The position numbers and the translations under genes were made by a program. A stretch of DNA of 64,000 nt from Octopus vulgaris (Eukaryota): assembly GCA_951406725.2 (NCBI GenBank), contig OX597824.1:12834001-12898000 (forward strand), read 5' to 3'. Of this stretch, positions 1 through 55,505 are shown piece by piece. The notes under the pieces were generated by a model. The model was not told the DNA's origin, did no database searches, and saw nothing but the letters and a program-made list of their open reading frames with translations. The first letter of the stretch is position 1. Each line of letters starts with the position of its first letter.

Positions 1-103
1 AGCTGCAGAAGAAGCCGACATTTAAAGCCGACATTTAAACTAATCAAATATTATTTTACAGAATAATAGAATTAAAATTTCTTTGATTAAAACCCTTTCT
101 AAC

Positions 104-1010
104 ATGGAAGTATCCAAAGAACATTTAAGACACATAATGCTTTATGAGTACAAAAGAGGAAACTCTGCAACCGAAGCGACTCAAAACATACACTCAGTTT
201 ATAGGAAAGAATGCTTGAATGAAAGAACTCGCAGAAGATGGCTTGCAAAGCTCAGAAATGGAGATTTCAGCATTGAAGATGAAGATCGAACAGGACATCC
301 AGTTGAGTTTGATGATAAGCTCCTTGAGGAAGTACTTGAAGGAAATCCTGCATTATCAGTTGAAGAATTGGCAATAAAGCGTAGTTCGAACCATACATCT
401 GTTCATCGTCATCTTCAGCAACTTGGAAAGGTTCCTAACTTGGAAAATGGGTGACCCATGAATTGTCCGAAAGCAACCTCAAATCCCGGGTTAACATCTG
501 CTCTTCTCTCCATTCTCCATTCTCGCGAACTCATTTCACCCTTTTTGGATAGACTTGTGACTGATGACGAAAATGGATCTTCTATCGAAATGTTAAACGT
601 CGTAAACAGTGGCTTGGTAAAAGGGAAGAAGCTCAACCACAAAGGAGAAGGGAACTTCTTGGGGAAAAGGTTCTTCTCTCTATCTGGTGAGATTGCAAAG
701 GAGTAATTCACTTTGAATTGTTACCACCTAATGCAACAATCAATGCTTAAGTCTACTGTCAGCAATTAGAGCGTTTGAACCCAGCTTTGAAAAAAAGGAC
801 CCGCTTTATTGAATAGAAAAGGAGTGATGTTTTATCAGGAAAATGCACGACCCCAAACTGCAAAGATCACATCACAGAAGATCGAAGAGCTTGGTTGGAA
901 GAAAATTTCTCATCCACCTTATTCTCCCGACCTTGCTCCTTCAGACTACCATTTGTTTCGTAGTTTATAGAATCATTTGGGGGACATAATATTAGCAAAC
1001 TCACATTTCA
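104..1010 (+). mobile_element. Degraded mariner (DD34D) transposase in intron 6 of gene A
   Basis: HTH region KEHLRHIMLYEYKRG...RRW, then WVTHEL, LVTDDE, QENARP and HPPYSPDLAPSDYHLF motifs across frameshifts and stops. Confidence 0.85.
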
Positions 1011-1186
1011 GGGTTCTTCGGTCAACTTCATAGTTATATCAACCTCCCATCTAGAGCCCGTGTGCGATGATTCATTTTCTTCTCTCTTTTGTACTAAAAT
1101 CATTTCGTTATTGGACAAATTGTAGAAAATATGGCGCGTGGAATAGCTTCTCTTTAGCAATAAAAGTTATGTCACTGCTTGCTTAC

Positions 1187-10314
<9,128 letters not shown>

Positions 10315-10372
10315 AATGTATCTATATTTTCGTTAAGAGCCCAGTCTTCTTTAGGACGAGTGTGGTTTACTA

Positions 10373-10380
10373 CCTATATA
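10373..10380 (-). promoter_or_regulatory. Candidate TATA box of CYP gene A (TATATAGG)
   Basis: About 60 nt upstream of the ATG at 10314. Confidence 0.4.
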
Positions 10381-11339
10381 CAGGTTTGTGCAGGTAACAT
10401 CAAAGTATTATGCTCGAAGTCAACCGAATATAAGTAGGTTAGTAATTTAACAACAAAGTTGCATGCAAATCTATTTCTATAATCGAGGTCACTTTAATTT
10501 CAAGTGCATACATATTACGTTCACTGTAGAGTCATCTTGTTCCCACGCGTGCAGTTTAGCGGGAACACATTATCAATCTATTAATCTCACCATGTAACTA
10601 CTTGTTTACAATAACTTTTTGTTGGTGTTATATAGTTGCAAGTCAGCCTTGATTAAACAGACAGAACACAGACAAGCAGTTTGGCATACTGTGTATCATA
10701 TGTGAGGAAATCTGGTAGGTCCCGTGTCAGAATAAATTTGTAGCAATAGTATATTGTATGGGTTTCGCATTTTCAAAGACCTCGCATTAAATATGAGAAA
10801 TCAGTGAGTGGGTGTATGTGCTTTTCCCTGCTAATTATAAATCAATAAAGTAACTGTTTTGGCTCAAGAATTTTGCAATTCAAGCTTTTTTTATTATTAT
10901 TTTGTCGTGGTATAATACAAACAGGGTAAACAATATTCAGATTTAATCTGCTAATCAAACCATCTTCTATAATACAAAATGTTTTAATTCAGTCTTTTTT
11001 AATGTTCGAAATATTTATATTACGCAATGGACAAATAAAAATAATTAGTGCGATGCAGTAATTATAAATCTCGTTTTGTTTATTCTTATAAAGATTTTAG
11101 TAGCTTCTCCACTGCCCTCCCTTCCAATGTACTGATTACGGAAATCGACCTAAAGATTTTCGAAATGCACATCAGCAATATCGATCTCAATGGGCTGTAG
11201 AAAGCTTGAAATCTGTCCTTCCTGAACTGATTGATTAATGAACACTAATTTGTTTTCTCTAACTTATATCTACAGTAGTGAATGAGGTTTAAATCAGGCG
11301 AGTTTAGTAGCCACAAGTTTGGCGATACATGATTGTAAC

Positions 11340-11520
11340 GCTTTGTCTGATATCCATTCACTGATTATGTCAGCTTTCTGAAAAGGTGTTGAGATTTTGA
11401 TGAAATTTGTATGACCTACATTACACACTTCATCAGTCCAGGGCTAAACAACTGTCCCCAGCACTTCAACATATCCTGCAGCGTTGATACTAAGTTCCAT
11501 GGACCAATGTGAGAAGTGGT
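11340..11520 (-). mobile_element. Highly degraded Tc1/mariner-superfamily transposase fragment
   Basis: LSINAAGYVEVLGTVV*PW...SEWISD resembles the segment preceding the second catalytic Asp. Confidence 0.4.
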
Positions 11521-12031
11521 GTAATATGAGCTTCGTTACTTACCACCACACTTGAACACCACAAATTAAGCTAAAAGCACTCTCGTTACATTTAAAATGG
11601 TTTATCTCGCTCTAGAAACTGGTTACAACTACATGGGTTAAGATGTTCAGTGAACTAAACACAATGAATAAAAGGTCGTAAGCGTAACAGAGAATACTTG
11701 TCAGGATACTGGCTTCAACAACTTTTGGCTTAAAAGAGAAAAGGGAACATATAAACAAAAAACTGTTTGACGAGTTTTAAGTAAAGTGATCGTCAAACAA
11801 TACGACAATCGTTTACGTGAAACACAAATTTCATTTTGCAAAGTCATTTTAGCTTCAATAAATCGCTGTGTCATTCTTCCTTTGGTATTCAAGTATAATT
11901 TTCTCAACAAATACTTCAAACACACCCAATTTTCTCAACATTGTTTTGCATTTGTGTGCTCTCGTGTGCATCTCTTTCTCCGTCTCTATCGTTCTCACTC
12001 TTTGCCTCTCACTCTTTCTTACATAATTTAC

Positions 12032-12167
12032 CTGTTTAATTTCTTCTCGACACTTGTTCTGTATATCAGGATATTTAGCCATAAAGAGAAAGGCCAGGTA
12101 AGAGTGGCAGAAGTTGTGTCTGTTCCACCCCCAAATGTATCAACAATTGCACCGAACATATTCACTT
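12032..12167 (-). pseudogene. Orphan, frameshifted CYP exon 5 (remnant of a third paralogue)
   Basis: Intact ttcccag/GTAAAT sites. Reads VNMFGAIVDTFGGGTDTTSATLTW, then a 1-nt deletion, then FLFMAKYPDIQNKCREEIKQ. 136 nt versus 137 in both genes. Confidence 0.8.
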
Positions 12168-12793
12168 CTGGGAAAGAAGAAAAAAGAATTAGAATCAAAC
12201 AACTTACTCCATGTGGTCAAAAGGTAAACGAATAAATGACTGAATGACAATCGAGGAAAATAAAATTTAAACTAATACAAACAGCTACAAAATATATTAA
12301 AACATCTTCCGTGGAAACTTTTACTATGATTCGTACATTATTAATAAATTTTTGAGCAAAAGAATATAAATATATGAATTCGTCCAAGTTTCAGTTCTTA
12401 AAGTGTTAAACTAACAACGATGCCGAAGTAATAAAGGAACGAATTTAGAGCTTTGATGAAGCTAATGAAATTTTCTTTTTTTTTTGCACTCAAAACTCTC
12501 ACTCTTATATAAATGTTTCAGTTTCACTCATCGCTAACAACCTATTAGAATTTCGTTAATTCTCCCTAAATTCCGGCTGACCTGTTCGCTGGCCATTTTT
12601 TATTTTCATTCTGCCACACGATGACGATACGCAAAGCTAAGAATATTTTTGCTCCTTTTTTCTTTTTTCTCCCTCTCTACTACGTTAGGACTGACAGTTT
12701 TAAATGATCTCATCGCTAACAACCTATTAGAATTTCAATAAAATATAATATATGTATATATGTATTATGTATGTATGTATCTATCTATGTAGT

Positions 12794-12859
<66 letters not shown>

Positions 12860-13068
12860 ATTCTCTCCTTGTTTCTCTCCTTTTTCTCTCTCTTTTTTTT
12901 TCTCTCCTTGTTTCTCTCTTTGTTTTTTCTGTGTCCCTTTCTGTAGAAGAGCGTAGCCTCGAAACGTAAAAGGCTTTTTCAATTCCTGAGCGTTACACTA
13001 ATACATCTGTTTGTTTTGTACACCACCTGTCTTCGTCTTTTGGGGTTTTTTTTCGTGAACTCTCCCTA

Positions 13069-13130
<62 letters not shown>

Positions 13131-13217
13131 CATATATAACATCTATGTGTGTGTGTATTTTACGCATCTCTCTGGCTGTATGTATGTATTCATACATACA
13201 TGCATATACATACATGC

Positions 13218-13292
<75 letters not shown>

Positions 13293-13549
13293 CATTTTTT
13301 AAGACTTCAAAAGCCGCTAATGAGAGATTTCAGTGTAAGTGATCGTCAAACAATACAACGATCGTTTACGTGAAACACAAATTTCATTTTGTGAAGTCAT
13401 TTTAGCTTCAATAAGTCGCTGTGTCACTCTCCCTTTGGTATTCGAGTATCATTTTCTCAACCTTATTTTGCATCTGTGTGCACTCATGTGTGCATGTCTT
13501 TCTCTTTCTTTGCCTCTCTCTCTTTCTTTCTCTCTGTCTCACTCTCATG

Positions 13550-13581
<32 letters not shown>

Positions 13582-13595
13582 CATATACACACGCA

Positions 13596-13641
<46 letters not shown>

Positions 13642-13699
13642 AGAATGTAATAAAAGGAATTCTGTACAATCTTCGTTCAACTCCATTTCTTCCATTCAC

Positions 13700-13731
<32 letters not shown>

Positions 13732-14140
13732 GGCGTAGGAGTGGCTGTGTGGTAAGTAGCTTGTTTACCAACCACATGGTTCCTGGTTCAGTCCCACTGC
13801 GTGGCACCTTGGGCAAGTGTCTTCTACTATAGCCTCGGGCCGACCAAATCCTTGTGAGTGGATTTGGTAGACGGAAACTGAAAGAAGCCCGTCGTATATT
13901 TGTATATATATATATATGCGTGTGTGTGTTTGTGTGTCTGTGTTTGTCCGTCTAGCATTGCTTGACAACCGATGCTGGTGTGTTTATGTCCCCGTTACTT
14001 AGTGGTTCGGCAAAAGAGACCGATAGAATAAGTACTGGACTTACAAAAGAATAAGTCCTGGGGTCGAGTTGCTCGATTAAATGTGGTGCTCCAGCATGGC
14101 CGCAGTCAAATGACTGAAACAAGTAAAAGAGTAAAAGAGT
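13732..14140 (+). mobile_element. tRNA-derived SINE family 1 (CORE-like motif, internal (TA)n(TG)n, (GTAAAAGA)n tail)
   Basis: A box TGGCTGTGTGG, B box GGTTCAGTCCC, CCTTGGGCAAGTG. Other copies or fragments at ~14195-14645(+), 14670-14870(-), 15960-16053(-), 16663-17010(-), 17157-17367(+), 18730-19000(+), 21660-22130(+), 25709-25935(-), 27270-27553(+) and 31290-31411(+). Confidence 0.85.
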
Positions 14141-14874
14141 ACATATATATATATATATACATGCATAAATATATATATATATGCAATATAATATAGGTGC
14201 AGGCGTGGAAGTTTGGTAAGAGGCTTGCTTACCAACCACATGGTTCCGGGTTCAATCCCACTGCGTGGCATCCTGAGCAAGTCTCCTTTACTATATAGCC
14301 TCGGGTCTTGTGAGTGGATTTTGTAGACAGAAACTGAAAGCCTATCATATATATATATATATATATATATATAAATGTGTGTGTGTGTTTGTGTGTATTT
14401 GTGTGTGCGTCTGTGTGTCTGTGTGTCTGTGCTTCCCCCCCCCCCCCCACACACACACACATACACACCGTCGCTTGACAACTGGTGTTGCTGCGTTTAC
14501 ATCCCCGAAAATTAACGGTTCGGCAAAAGAGACCGATAGAATAAGTACTAACCTTACAAAGAATAGGTCGATTCGTCCAACTAAAGGCGGTGCTCCAGCA
14601 TGGCCGCAGTCAAATGACTGAAACAAGTAAAAGAATAAAAGAATATGATACACACACATATTTTATTTTTTTACTTGTTTCAGTCATTTGAACCACCTTT
14701 ATTCTATCAAATCGACCCCAGGACTTACTCTTTGTAAACGTAGTACTTATTCTATCAGTATCTTTTGCCAAACCACTATATTATGGGGGACGTAAACACA
14801 CAACATCGGTTGTCAAGTGATGGTGGGGGTGAGGGACAAATACAGCCACACAAACTTATACATACATATGCGTG

Positions 14875-14964
<90 letters not shown>

Positions 14965-14987
14965 TAATAATAATAATAATAATAATA

Positions 14988-15470
14988 AGACAAAAAAGAA
15001 GATCAGACAAAAAAGAAGATCAGACAAAAAAGATGTGTTCATTAATTGACATGAGTATCCCTTGCGATCACAATGTAGCGGCGAAAGAATTTGACAAGAT
15101 TAGTAAATATAAAGACCTGCTAATAGAAATTGAAATAATGTGGCATCTCAAGGCGACTACAGTACCAGTGATTGTAGGATCTCTAGGAATGATAAAAAAA
15201 GGTACTGAAACCTATTTGAAAATGATTCCAGGCTTACCATCCCTACAGGAAGTGCAAAAACTCGTATTAACTAGAACGGCTCATGTACTGAGAAGAGCAT
15301 TATCGCTGTGAAACAACTGTCATCCAATGAATTTATTTATTTATTACATATTTTATCTGTGAATCTGCGTGTGTAATCTGGGAATGCATACAATGAGCTT
15401 CTCTGCCCTAGGTGTATGGAAAACACTCGGCGAGAAACGGAAGAAAATTTGAAGAAAGAAGGAAAAAATA
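14988..15470 (+). mobile_element. 5'-truncated Dong/R4-type LINE 3' end in (TAA)n
   Basis: CSLIDMSIP...KISKYKDL.IEI..MW...VPVIVGSLGMI (restriction-like endonuclease C-terminus), with (TAA)n on both sides. Confidence 0.85.
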
Positions 15471-15495
15471 TAATAATAATAACAACAACAACAAC

Positions 15496-15565
<70 letters not shown>

Positions 15566-16051
15566 GGGTGTATAACTCCAAACTTGCAGGGAAAAATTCA
15601 ATTTAGTATTAAATCAAATTTCATAATATAAATATATAATATATGTAAATTAGAGAAAAAACACTATTAAGTAATTCAAGCAATGCTAGACGTAAATCAT
15701 ACCATATAGAAAAAATAAAATATATATAGTAAATATATTGTTTTTTTTTTGAGGAACGGTAAAAGAACCCCAAGAAACACGTGTAACAGAGAAATTTAGA
15801 AATGAGTAGTAAGTACTAAAATAAAATTCTTTTATATGGTGTGATGATGGGGACTTCTATCTCTAAATAACATATTTCCTTATTGAGAATATTTCATTTT
15901 ACTTGAATCCCTGTGATGCCGGAATTTTTACTTCCTAACAAATGAAATAATATATATATATTCAGTTTCTGTCTACCCGAGGCTACAGTAGGACTAAACC
16001 CGAAGCCATGTGGTTGGAAAGGAAGCTACCTACTAGACAGCCACGGCTGTG

Positions 16052-16137
<86 letters not shown>

Positions 16138-16858
16138 TATATAAATCAAGTACATGATTTAACTTATAAAACAAAGTTCAACAAATTCAAACGTATTATT
16201 TGTAAATGGAGATCAGATGTTAATATGGACTGAAATTATTATTTTTTTTTTCATGTAGATATACGATCGTTTCATACAGAAAGGCAATAAATTCATTTTA
16301 ACAATCTAGGGTGTCAAAAAGTATTCATCATAAGAAAAATTAAGGAAAGAGAAAAAGCTAAGAAGATGTTAGAAGTACATAGGTATGGTGTTCGAAATGA
16401 GTACTTGTTCTCAGAGTCATGTCTATTTAAAACAAGACTGCAGGGTCACAGTTAGGGGTTGATATATATAAAAAAGTTGTATAAAAGAGCTAATTTTAAA
16501 CTCCCATATATATGAAGTAAAAACCACAAAAAGACTAATCAAATAAGGGAGTATGGAATTTTAAATACTGGGGAATAAAAATTGCATTAAACCGTCCATA
16601 AACAATATGGCTTAGATGTGAGTTTGAAAAATGTTTAATAGCAATTATAAATAGTTTTTTTTAACTTTTTACTTGTTTCAGTCATGTGACTGTGGCCATG
16701 CTGGAGCACCACCTTTAGCCGAGCAAATCGACCCCAAATCTTTGTAAGCCTAGTACTTATTCTATCGGACTCTTTTGCCGAACAGCTAAGTTACGGGGAC
16801 GTAAACACACCAGCAGCGATTGTCAAGCGATGTTGTGGGGACAAACGCAGACACACAA

Positions 16859-16961
<103 letters not shown>

Positions 16962-17369
16962 TACGACGGGCTTCTTTCGGTTTCCTTCTACGAAATCCAC
17001 TCACAAGGCTTTGTGGTATATAAACTATTAACTTTATAATAAAAAATTTTTATGTAAGTAATATGTCTACTTTTTATAGATAAGTGTAGTTAGAAGGATA
17101 CTTTATAAGGTATATACTAAAAGGCGGTTAATAAAATGAACATGAATTTTAAAATTCTGTATTTGTGTCTGTATTTGTCCCCCTAGCATTGCTTGACAAC
17201 CGATGCTGGTGTGTTTATGTCCCCGTCACTTAGCGGTTCGGCGAAAGAGACCGATTGAATAAGTACTGGGCTTACAAAGAATAAGTCCTGGGGTCGAGTT
17301 GCTCGATTAAAAGGCGGTGCTCCAGCATGGCCGCAGTCAAATGACTGAAACAAGTAAAAGAGTAAAGAG

Positions 17370-18690
17370 GAAAAGAGTAATCTTTCTGATAGATCTTTAT
17401 AAAGTTCGTCTTTAAATGCTTAGCAAAGGGAATTATTATCCAAATGGTTTTGTCATGGTCTACCTTGGTTGACCATTGATTTGTATACAAAAAAAAAATC
17501 ATTTTCCCTCATACATCGTACTGGTTTCTTTTGGACTATGTTTTCATTATCATTATTAATCTTATTATTATGGTTATTCATATTATTGTTAGTTGTCTTA
17601 CTCTGGCTTTTCATATTTTTATTCATGCTTATGTTCCTATGCTTATGTTTTTATTTATCTTTATGTTCCTATTCTTATCTTTAATTATATTGTTACAGTT
17701 TACGCTATCAGTATTTTTAGGGTTATTTACATTAGTGAGGTTAGAATGGTGATAATAATTTTTATGGATTTTTATTCTTATTATGAGTTTTATTTATTCT
17801 ATGACGTGACGTTCATCATGCTTAAGTTTAATTTTAATATTATTATGACTGGTTTGTTTAACATGATTGTTAGATTTATGAATAGTATTGGGAATTATAA
17901 TTGTTTGTTTATGAGGGTAAGCTGTTTCTTTATAGGTATTTAAGTTTCTAGTCTTAACATTATTATTTATGTAATTATTTTTAATATGTTTTTTATTAGT
18001 ATTGTAGTTCTTATTGTACTTAATTTCATATTTATATCCTGCCTTCTTAAGTGCTATGTTGTAGTAGTCTTTCTATTTATCAAATACTTCTTCGTTAGAT
18101 GATAACAAATTTATTCTTCTCGGTTTTTCTATAATATCGCATAGATGGATACTGTTTGCGTTCATGTATCTTATGTTGACGTTAGGATTATGATAAGATT
18201 GATAAATTGAAGTATTAAGGTAGAAGTTGACGTCCAGGAAGTTTACGGAGATGTTATTTTTTTCAATAGAAATTGAGAGTCCTTGGCTTTTAAAGAATCT
18301 ATGTAGTAATTTTCTAAATTTTCTATTTGAAGTGTTCCTAACTAAGAAAAGGGCGTCGTCCTGGTTTTGTCCATCTTCGAATTCAGGAAATTCCTCATTA
18401 AATTAGTGTAGAAGATATATTCCAACTAAGTCGGTTACTACATGCGCCCATCGGTATATCGAAGCAGTCAGGTGTATCCTTTCTTGTCCAATATTTGCCT
18501 TCATGTAATATTACTGTTTTTCTAGCTGCAAGCATTATTTTAATTTCATTCATGAAAAAGTTAGTTCTATTCCTTTCGAAGATTAGTGCCTTATTTAATT
18601 GGTAATAGTCATTAATGTCTCATTGGATGAATTTGCATTTTTTCTTGCCGTGAATGTTGGTAAACCAGCTAATTGCCTCTTGCCTTTAGA
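17370..18690 (-). mobile_element. Degraded Penelope-like (probably Naiad-type) RT
   Basis: Broken translation gives EAISWFTNI..KKKCKFIQ*DI, FDIPMGA, DLVGIYLL, QDDAL, VNFLDVNF and LLSSNEEVFDK. Confidence 0.6.
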
Positions 18691-18755
18691 GAGAGCCCTA
18701 ATCGCCGGTGGCCTATATTCCATCATCAAAATGGAAGAAGAAAAGGGCTCGCGTA

Positions 18756-18809
<54 letters not shown>

Positions 18810-20961
18810 GTCAGCCACCCACAACAGCTTGACAACTGGCGTTGGCTTCTTTATGTGCCTATAACTTAGCGGTTCAGTAAAAGATAGAATAGGTATCAGA
18901 CCTAAAGAAAAACGTAAGTACCGGAGTCGATTTCTTCGACTAAACCTTTGTAGGTGGTGCCTTTGCATAGCCACAGTTCAATGGCTGAAACAAATATAAA
19001 ATATTTGTAACCAACAGTGAATATTTTCTAATAGTTTTCTAATTGAATAAAGCCTCTACCTCCCTGATTTTTAAATACAAAATCTGTGTACGTTCAAATT
19101 CTATTATTTCCTTATCTTCATCGATAATAATGTGTGCCCGCTTAATCAATTTTTCTCTACTCCACGTTTCTTAGTATCTTCTTCCAATCCGGTTATGGTA
19201 CCAATTCTGCTAATAAAACCGAGTTATGTCTGTAGCAGTGTTTCTAGCTATTTGTTCTTTGCACTAGACAAACTGAAATCGTTCTTATATGAAAGAAAAT
19301 ATTTGATTGTCTTCCCACAGAATTTGTATGCAAATTCAGTTAAATGTGTTAGTGCCAAGCAAATAATGATCGGGAGAGAGGTAGACTGTGGTCAATTTGT
19401 AGCAGTATGTGTACTGCATCAAACAGAGCAGATTGTTTGAGAGTGTGTCTGGTTTTCACGACCAAGAATCAGACGAGAAGACATGTACAAATAGTACACA
19501 ACCAACCGAGTCACAAAGTGGTGTAGGGAAGCTGAGTCCTTGAAATGTGAACATCACAATCACGAGTGAGGACTGCATCAACATGTCTGGCGGGTTTGCT
19601 TGCACCTCTAGAATCTGATGATCTTCAGTGACGTCTTGGTTATCTTGAAGCTTTACTTCGCTGAGGGTGGCGAGAGATTAATTAGACTAGTGACGCATAG
19701 CAGAAACTCCATTTACAGTATGGGAGTCATTATCCCGAAAGAAAACGAATGGCTTACGAAAAGAAAGAGCGATAGACAGAGGCGACTACATTATTAATAT
19801 CTGTAGGCTTCATAGAGAAAAACATAGTTACTTATGTCACTGTTTCCAGAGTTCCATTGACGAAACTCCATGCGTTGTCTAAGAAGAGGCGAAAAAAATC
19901 ACTTCGCCTTGAGTTCCATCAGCACCAGGAGTTGATGACCGAAATGTGGGATATTTCCTTTTCTTGAGTACAGTTTATGATAGACACTGCGTAGCGGTAC
20001 TTGCTGTGAGGGGAAAGAAATGAGGACTCAAGAAAGGTAGGATGCTACTCAAGACAGTAAGGAAAGATGAAAGGGAAAAAACAAAGAAATGAGCCCTGAC
20101 TAAAGGCAAGCATGAGGCCGAAAGTACCACACAAAATATCTCGAGCCTCTTCAATTTATTTTTCGCTCTAAAATGTAACAAGTACTGTAGAATACCAAGC
20201 GTTTCTGAATGATTCGCGACTATAAGGGACCCTGTCAACGGTCTATCGATATAAAAAAAAATCATGTCTGATGATGTAGGATACTTAAAGCTGGCTAATG
20301 TAGATATATATTTCTTTACTACCCACAAGGGGCTAAACACAGAGGGGACAGACAAGGACAGACAAAGGGATTAAGTCGATTCCATTGACCCCAGTGCGTA
20401 ACTGGTACTTAATTTATCGACCCCGAAAGGATGAAAGGCAAAGTCGACCTCGGCGGAATTTGAACTCAGAACGTAACGGCAGACGAAATACGGCTACGCA
20501 TTTCGCCCGGCGTGCTAACGTTTCTGCCAGCTCGCCACCTTGTATGTAGATATAATGTAGATATGTTAACGACCAATTTCAATGCACACAGTTTAAAGTA
20601 GGTAATTGGAACGGATTGTGATTAATGTTTTAGAGTTACTGTGTTCCCACGTAAGTAGAGGTCTCTCGGGTGTGTGTGAAGTATTTGTTTTTTATTCTAT
20701 GTTTTGTAGACCAAATGTTGAGCGTTTAAATCTATTGGTTCTTGCTCCGCAATCGTTGATTATATCTCTGCCCATCCGGCATATTTGTAAGCATGTTTTA
20801 AATCCTCTTTCTGTTGTCGATGTACGGCAGAGTTGCTGAAAATGGACGCCAACGAAAATATGCTACAAATAAATTCCAGTCCATAATCTGACTGAATGCA
20901 GAATTTGAGGTTTTGGTTATCGTGTTAGTCAAACAATAACTAATGCTATGATTGCAACAAG

Positions 20962-20967
20962 TTTATT
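20962..20967 (-). terminator. Candidate poly(A) signal AATAAA of CYP gene B
   Basis: About 400 nt after the stop, with a T/GT-rich stretch downstream. Confidence 0.4.
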
Positions 20968-21370
20968 ATTTTCGATTTACATTCTATCAATTATAAGATG
21001 ATTAGATGACCATAAAAAAACATTTAGATAGATAAATGATATATAACATATATAGAGAGATAAATGATATATGAATCACAATGCAAGACCTTTAATGACA
21101 AAGTTAGACACTATATCAGTCATGGTTCTACTGGTCCGTTTGTTTCTATGATCTAAATATTATATGGCACTTCTGTAGATATTAACACACAAATATTATC
21201 AAACATATATAAATATGCACGTCAAAGCATTATCGTTGTTCAAGTATGATTTGCGTACATCGGAGAAAAACCAATGAAAAAAGTATTCAGCTGATGAAAA
21301 AGATATTCTTCCTCAGGTATATCCAGTGTAGTTTAAAGAGGTACCTTCAGACACGTATGAACGATGTACT

Positions 21371-53223
<31,853 letters not shown>

Positions 53224-53290
53224 CGTTAGTTCTGATGTTGCTGTCACTTTCACGATCACGGCTAAATATATTTCCTCTGAAAATCAAAAC

Positions 53291-53298
53291 CTTATATA
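53291..53298 (-). promoter_or_regulatory. Candidate TATA box of CYP gene B (TATATAAG)
   Basis: About 70 nt upstream of the ATG; gene A has TATATAGG at a similar distance. Confidence 0.45.
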
Positions 53299-54669
53299 GA
53301 GTGATGCTTACATGCAATACGCTGATCTGCGAAGATGGTAGTGTGTATATATGACCGTAGTCAACCAAAAATTAACGCTTTGATGTTCACTTCAAGAACA
53401 ATTACTGAGAATGACAAACTTTTCAAATATATTTACTTAATAAACGTTATATATCCCATGGTTGTCACTTTATTATAATAAATCAATATAGCTTTATTAC
53501 TCTGTGCCTTCACGCTAGCTCTTATCGAAGAGGACAAAGGCAGATATTCAGGTTTTCTGACGTAGTTAAGTGTCATGTTACCTTGAACTTTTGTGTCTAT
53601 TTTATAATAAAATCTGTTAAGCTGCATTTCAATTTATAAATTGAAAGCATATATTTCAGTCTGTTAACTCAGGACAAACGTTTTGCTTTTTCTTTTCTTT
53701 TTCTTTATCTTAGGCTGTCAAGCAGAAATCGGACAAAAGCGATTATATTTTATGAGTCCATAATCGTGTACAAATCCATGGAAACAATTGAGCGTTTTTA
53801 ACTGACTACTCAACTTCAAGTCCAAAAGTTTTGTAGTGCAGACGAAAGCTTTGAAAATGGGAAAGGTTGTGCATATGTTTGTACGTGTGTTTTTGCTTGT
53901 ACACAAATGTTAACATCACTGTCACCTCTAATTCCACTTTCCTTTTGCAATTTATCAAACCCTCACGGTTTCTGTGACTATCAACGATTAATTATGGTGC
54001 CCATAAGAAATAAAAAAAAACTAGCACTGTCGGGTACGACGACAAGTGTCCCAGTTCATTCGATCCAGGGAACAGTTTGATCGTGAAATTAACACGCGTA
54101 CCCTCAACATGCTTTTCTGGGAGATTCAAAGTGGGAACAGAATGTGCCAAGGCTGACCCTTTGAAACACAGGTATTATTCATAAAGTGTCTTGCTCAAGT
54201 ACAACGTAACTCCGAGTATCGAACTCACGACCTTACAATCTACCACTAAGCCAGGCGCCTCCACATGGTAGCCATTATTGTAACAGACTCACACAAAATA
54301 AATCGAGGGGTTGCAGAAGAACTAAAGGCGGCGAGCTGGCAGAATCGTTAGCGCGCCGGGCGAAATGCTTAGTGGTATTTCATCCGCCGCTGCGTTCTGA
54401 GTTCAAATTCCGCCGAGGTTGACTTTGCCTTTCATCCTTTCGGGGTCGATAAATTAAATACTAGTCACACACTGGGGTTGATATAATCGATTTAATCCGT
54501 TTGTCTGTCCCCTCTGTGTTTAGCCCCTTGTGGGTTGTAAAGAAATAGGTATTTCGTCTGCCGCTACGTTCTGAGTGCAAATTCCACCGGGGTTGACTTT
54601 CGGGGTGGATAAATTAAGTACCAGTTACGCACTGGGGTAGAGAGAGAGAGAAAGGAGAGAGAAAGAGAG

Positions 54670-54714
<45 letters not shown>

Positions 54715-55199
54715 CAGTGTGTGTGTGTGTGGATGAAAATTGTATGCATGGTTAAAAAGTGTGCGGATATTTCATTCAGTAATTTGAATGTAAAACGATC
54801 AAAGCGTGATCGCTCTACACTTAAAATTGCATTTCCCTTTTTACAATTCTCAAAGAATCAATGGTCAAAATACCTTTGGTTGAAATAGTCAACTTTTATC
54901 AAACAAGTCTCAAAGTTAAACTTATATTTTCAAAAGAAATTTCTTCGATTCTATTGCCCTTGCTATTAAAAAATCATTCAATGTTGTTCTACAGATAATT
55001 ACTCTACAGAAAAATATACATTTAGAAAGATATTGCATGAAAAGTTGTTTCGAATTTCCATAAAATGTTGTTCGATCAAAAGTGGTTTCGGTAAAAGTCA
55101 GTTCGGCAGAAAGACAGGTGATAAACCATCATTCGATGAGACACGTGTCTGCCAAGTTTGTGCCAAAACTCATATTTTAGTTGTACAGGATCTTCTTGA

Positions 55200-55505
55200 T
55201 TGTCGAGAACGATGAAAACTTTTTAAAAACTTTGTGTAGGCCTCTGAGCTGGTTTTGCCAAGCTTTTGGCAAAATCTGATGCAGATTCTCTGCTCAGCTT
55301 TCTCTGTCATGATCAATGCGACGATCACATACTACACACCTTCCTTCCAAGCACTGCTGTAAACAGCGAAAGAGAGAAAGAACGTTAAAACTTCATGGGC
55401 ATGCACAGCAGAGTTTAAGATCAAACTGTGCCAAGCAGCTTCACTCTGCGTGCTTTAGCTTTGTTACTATGGCAACAGTCCGGATACTTATTGATCATAC
55501 CACAT
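55200..55505 (-). mobile_element. Mariner 5' fragment
   Basis: MTEKAEQRICIRFCQKLGKTSSEAY with a TIR-like GTGGTATGATCAATAAGTATCCGGACTG upstream. Confidence 0.55.

Noticed and set aside
53224-53259. Longer N-terminus of gene B suggested by the ORF track
   Set aside because: It begins at a non-ATG codon; ATG 53223 aligns with the start of gene A.
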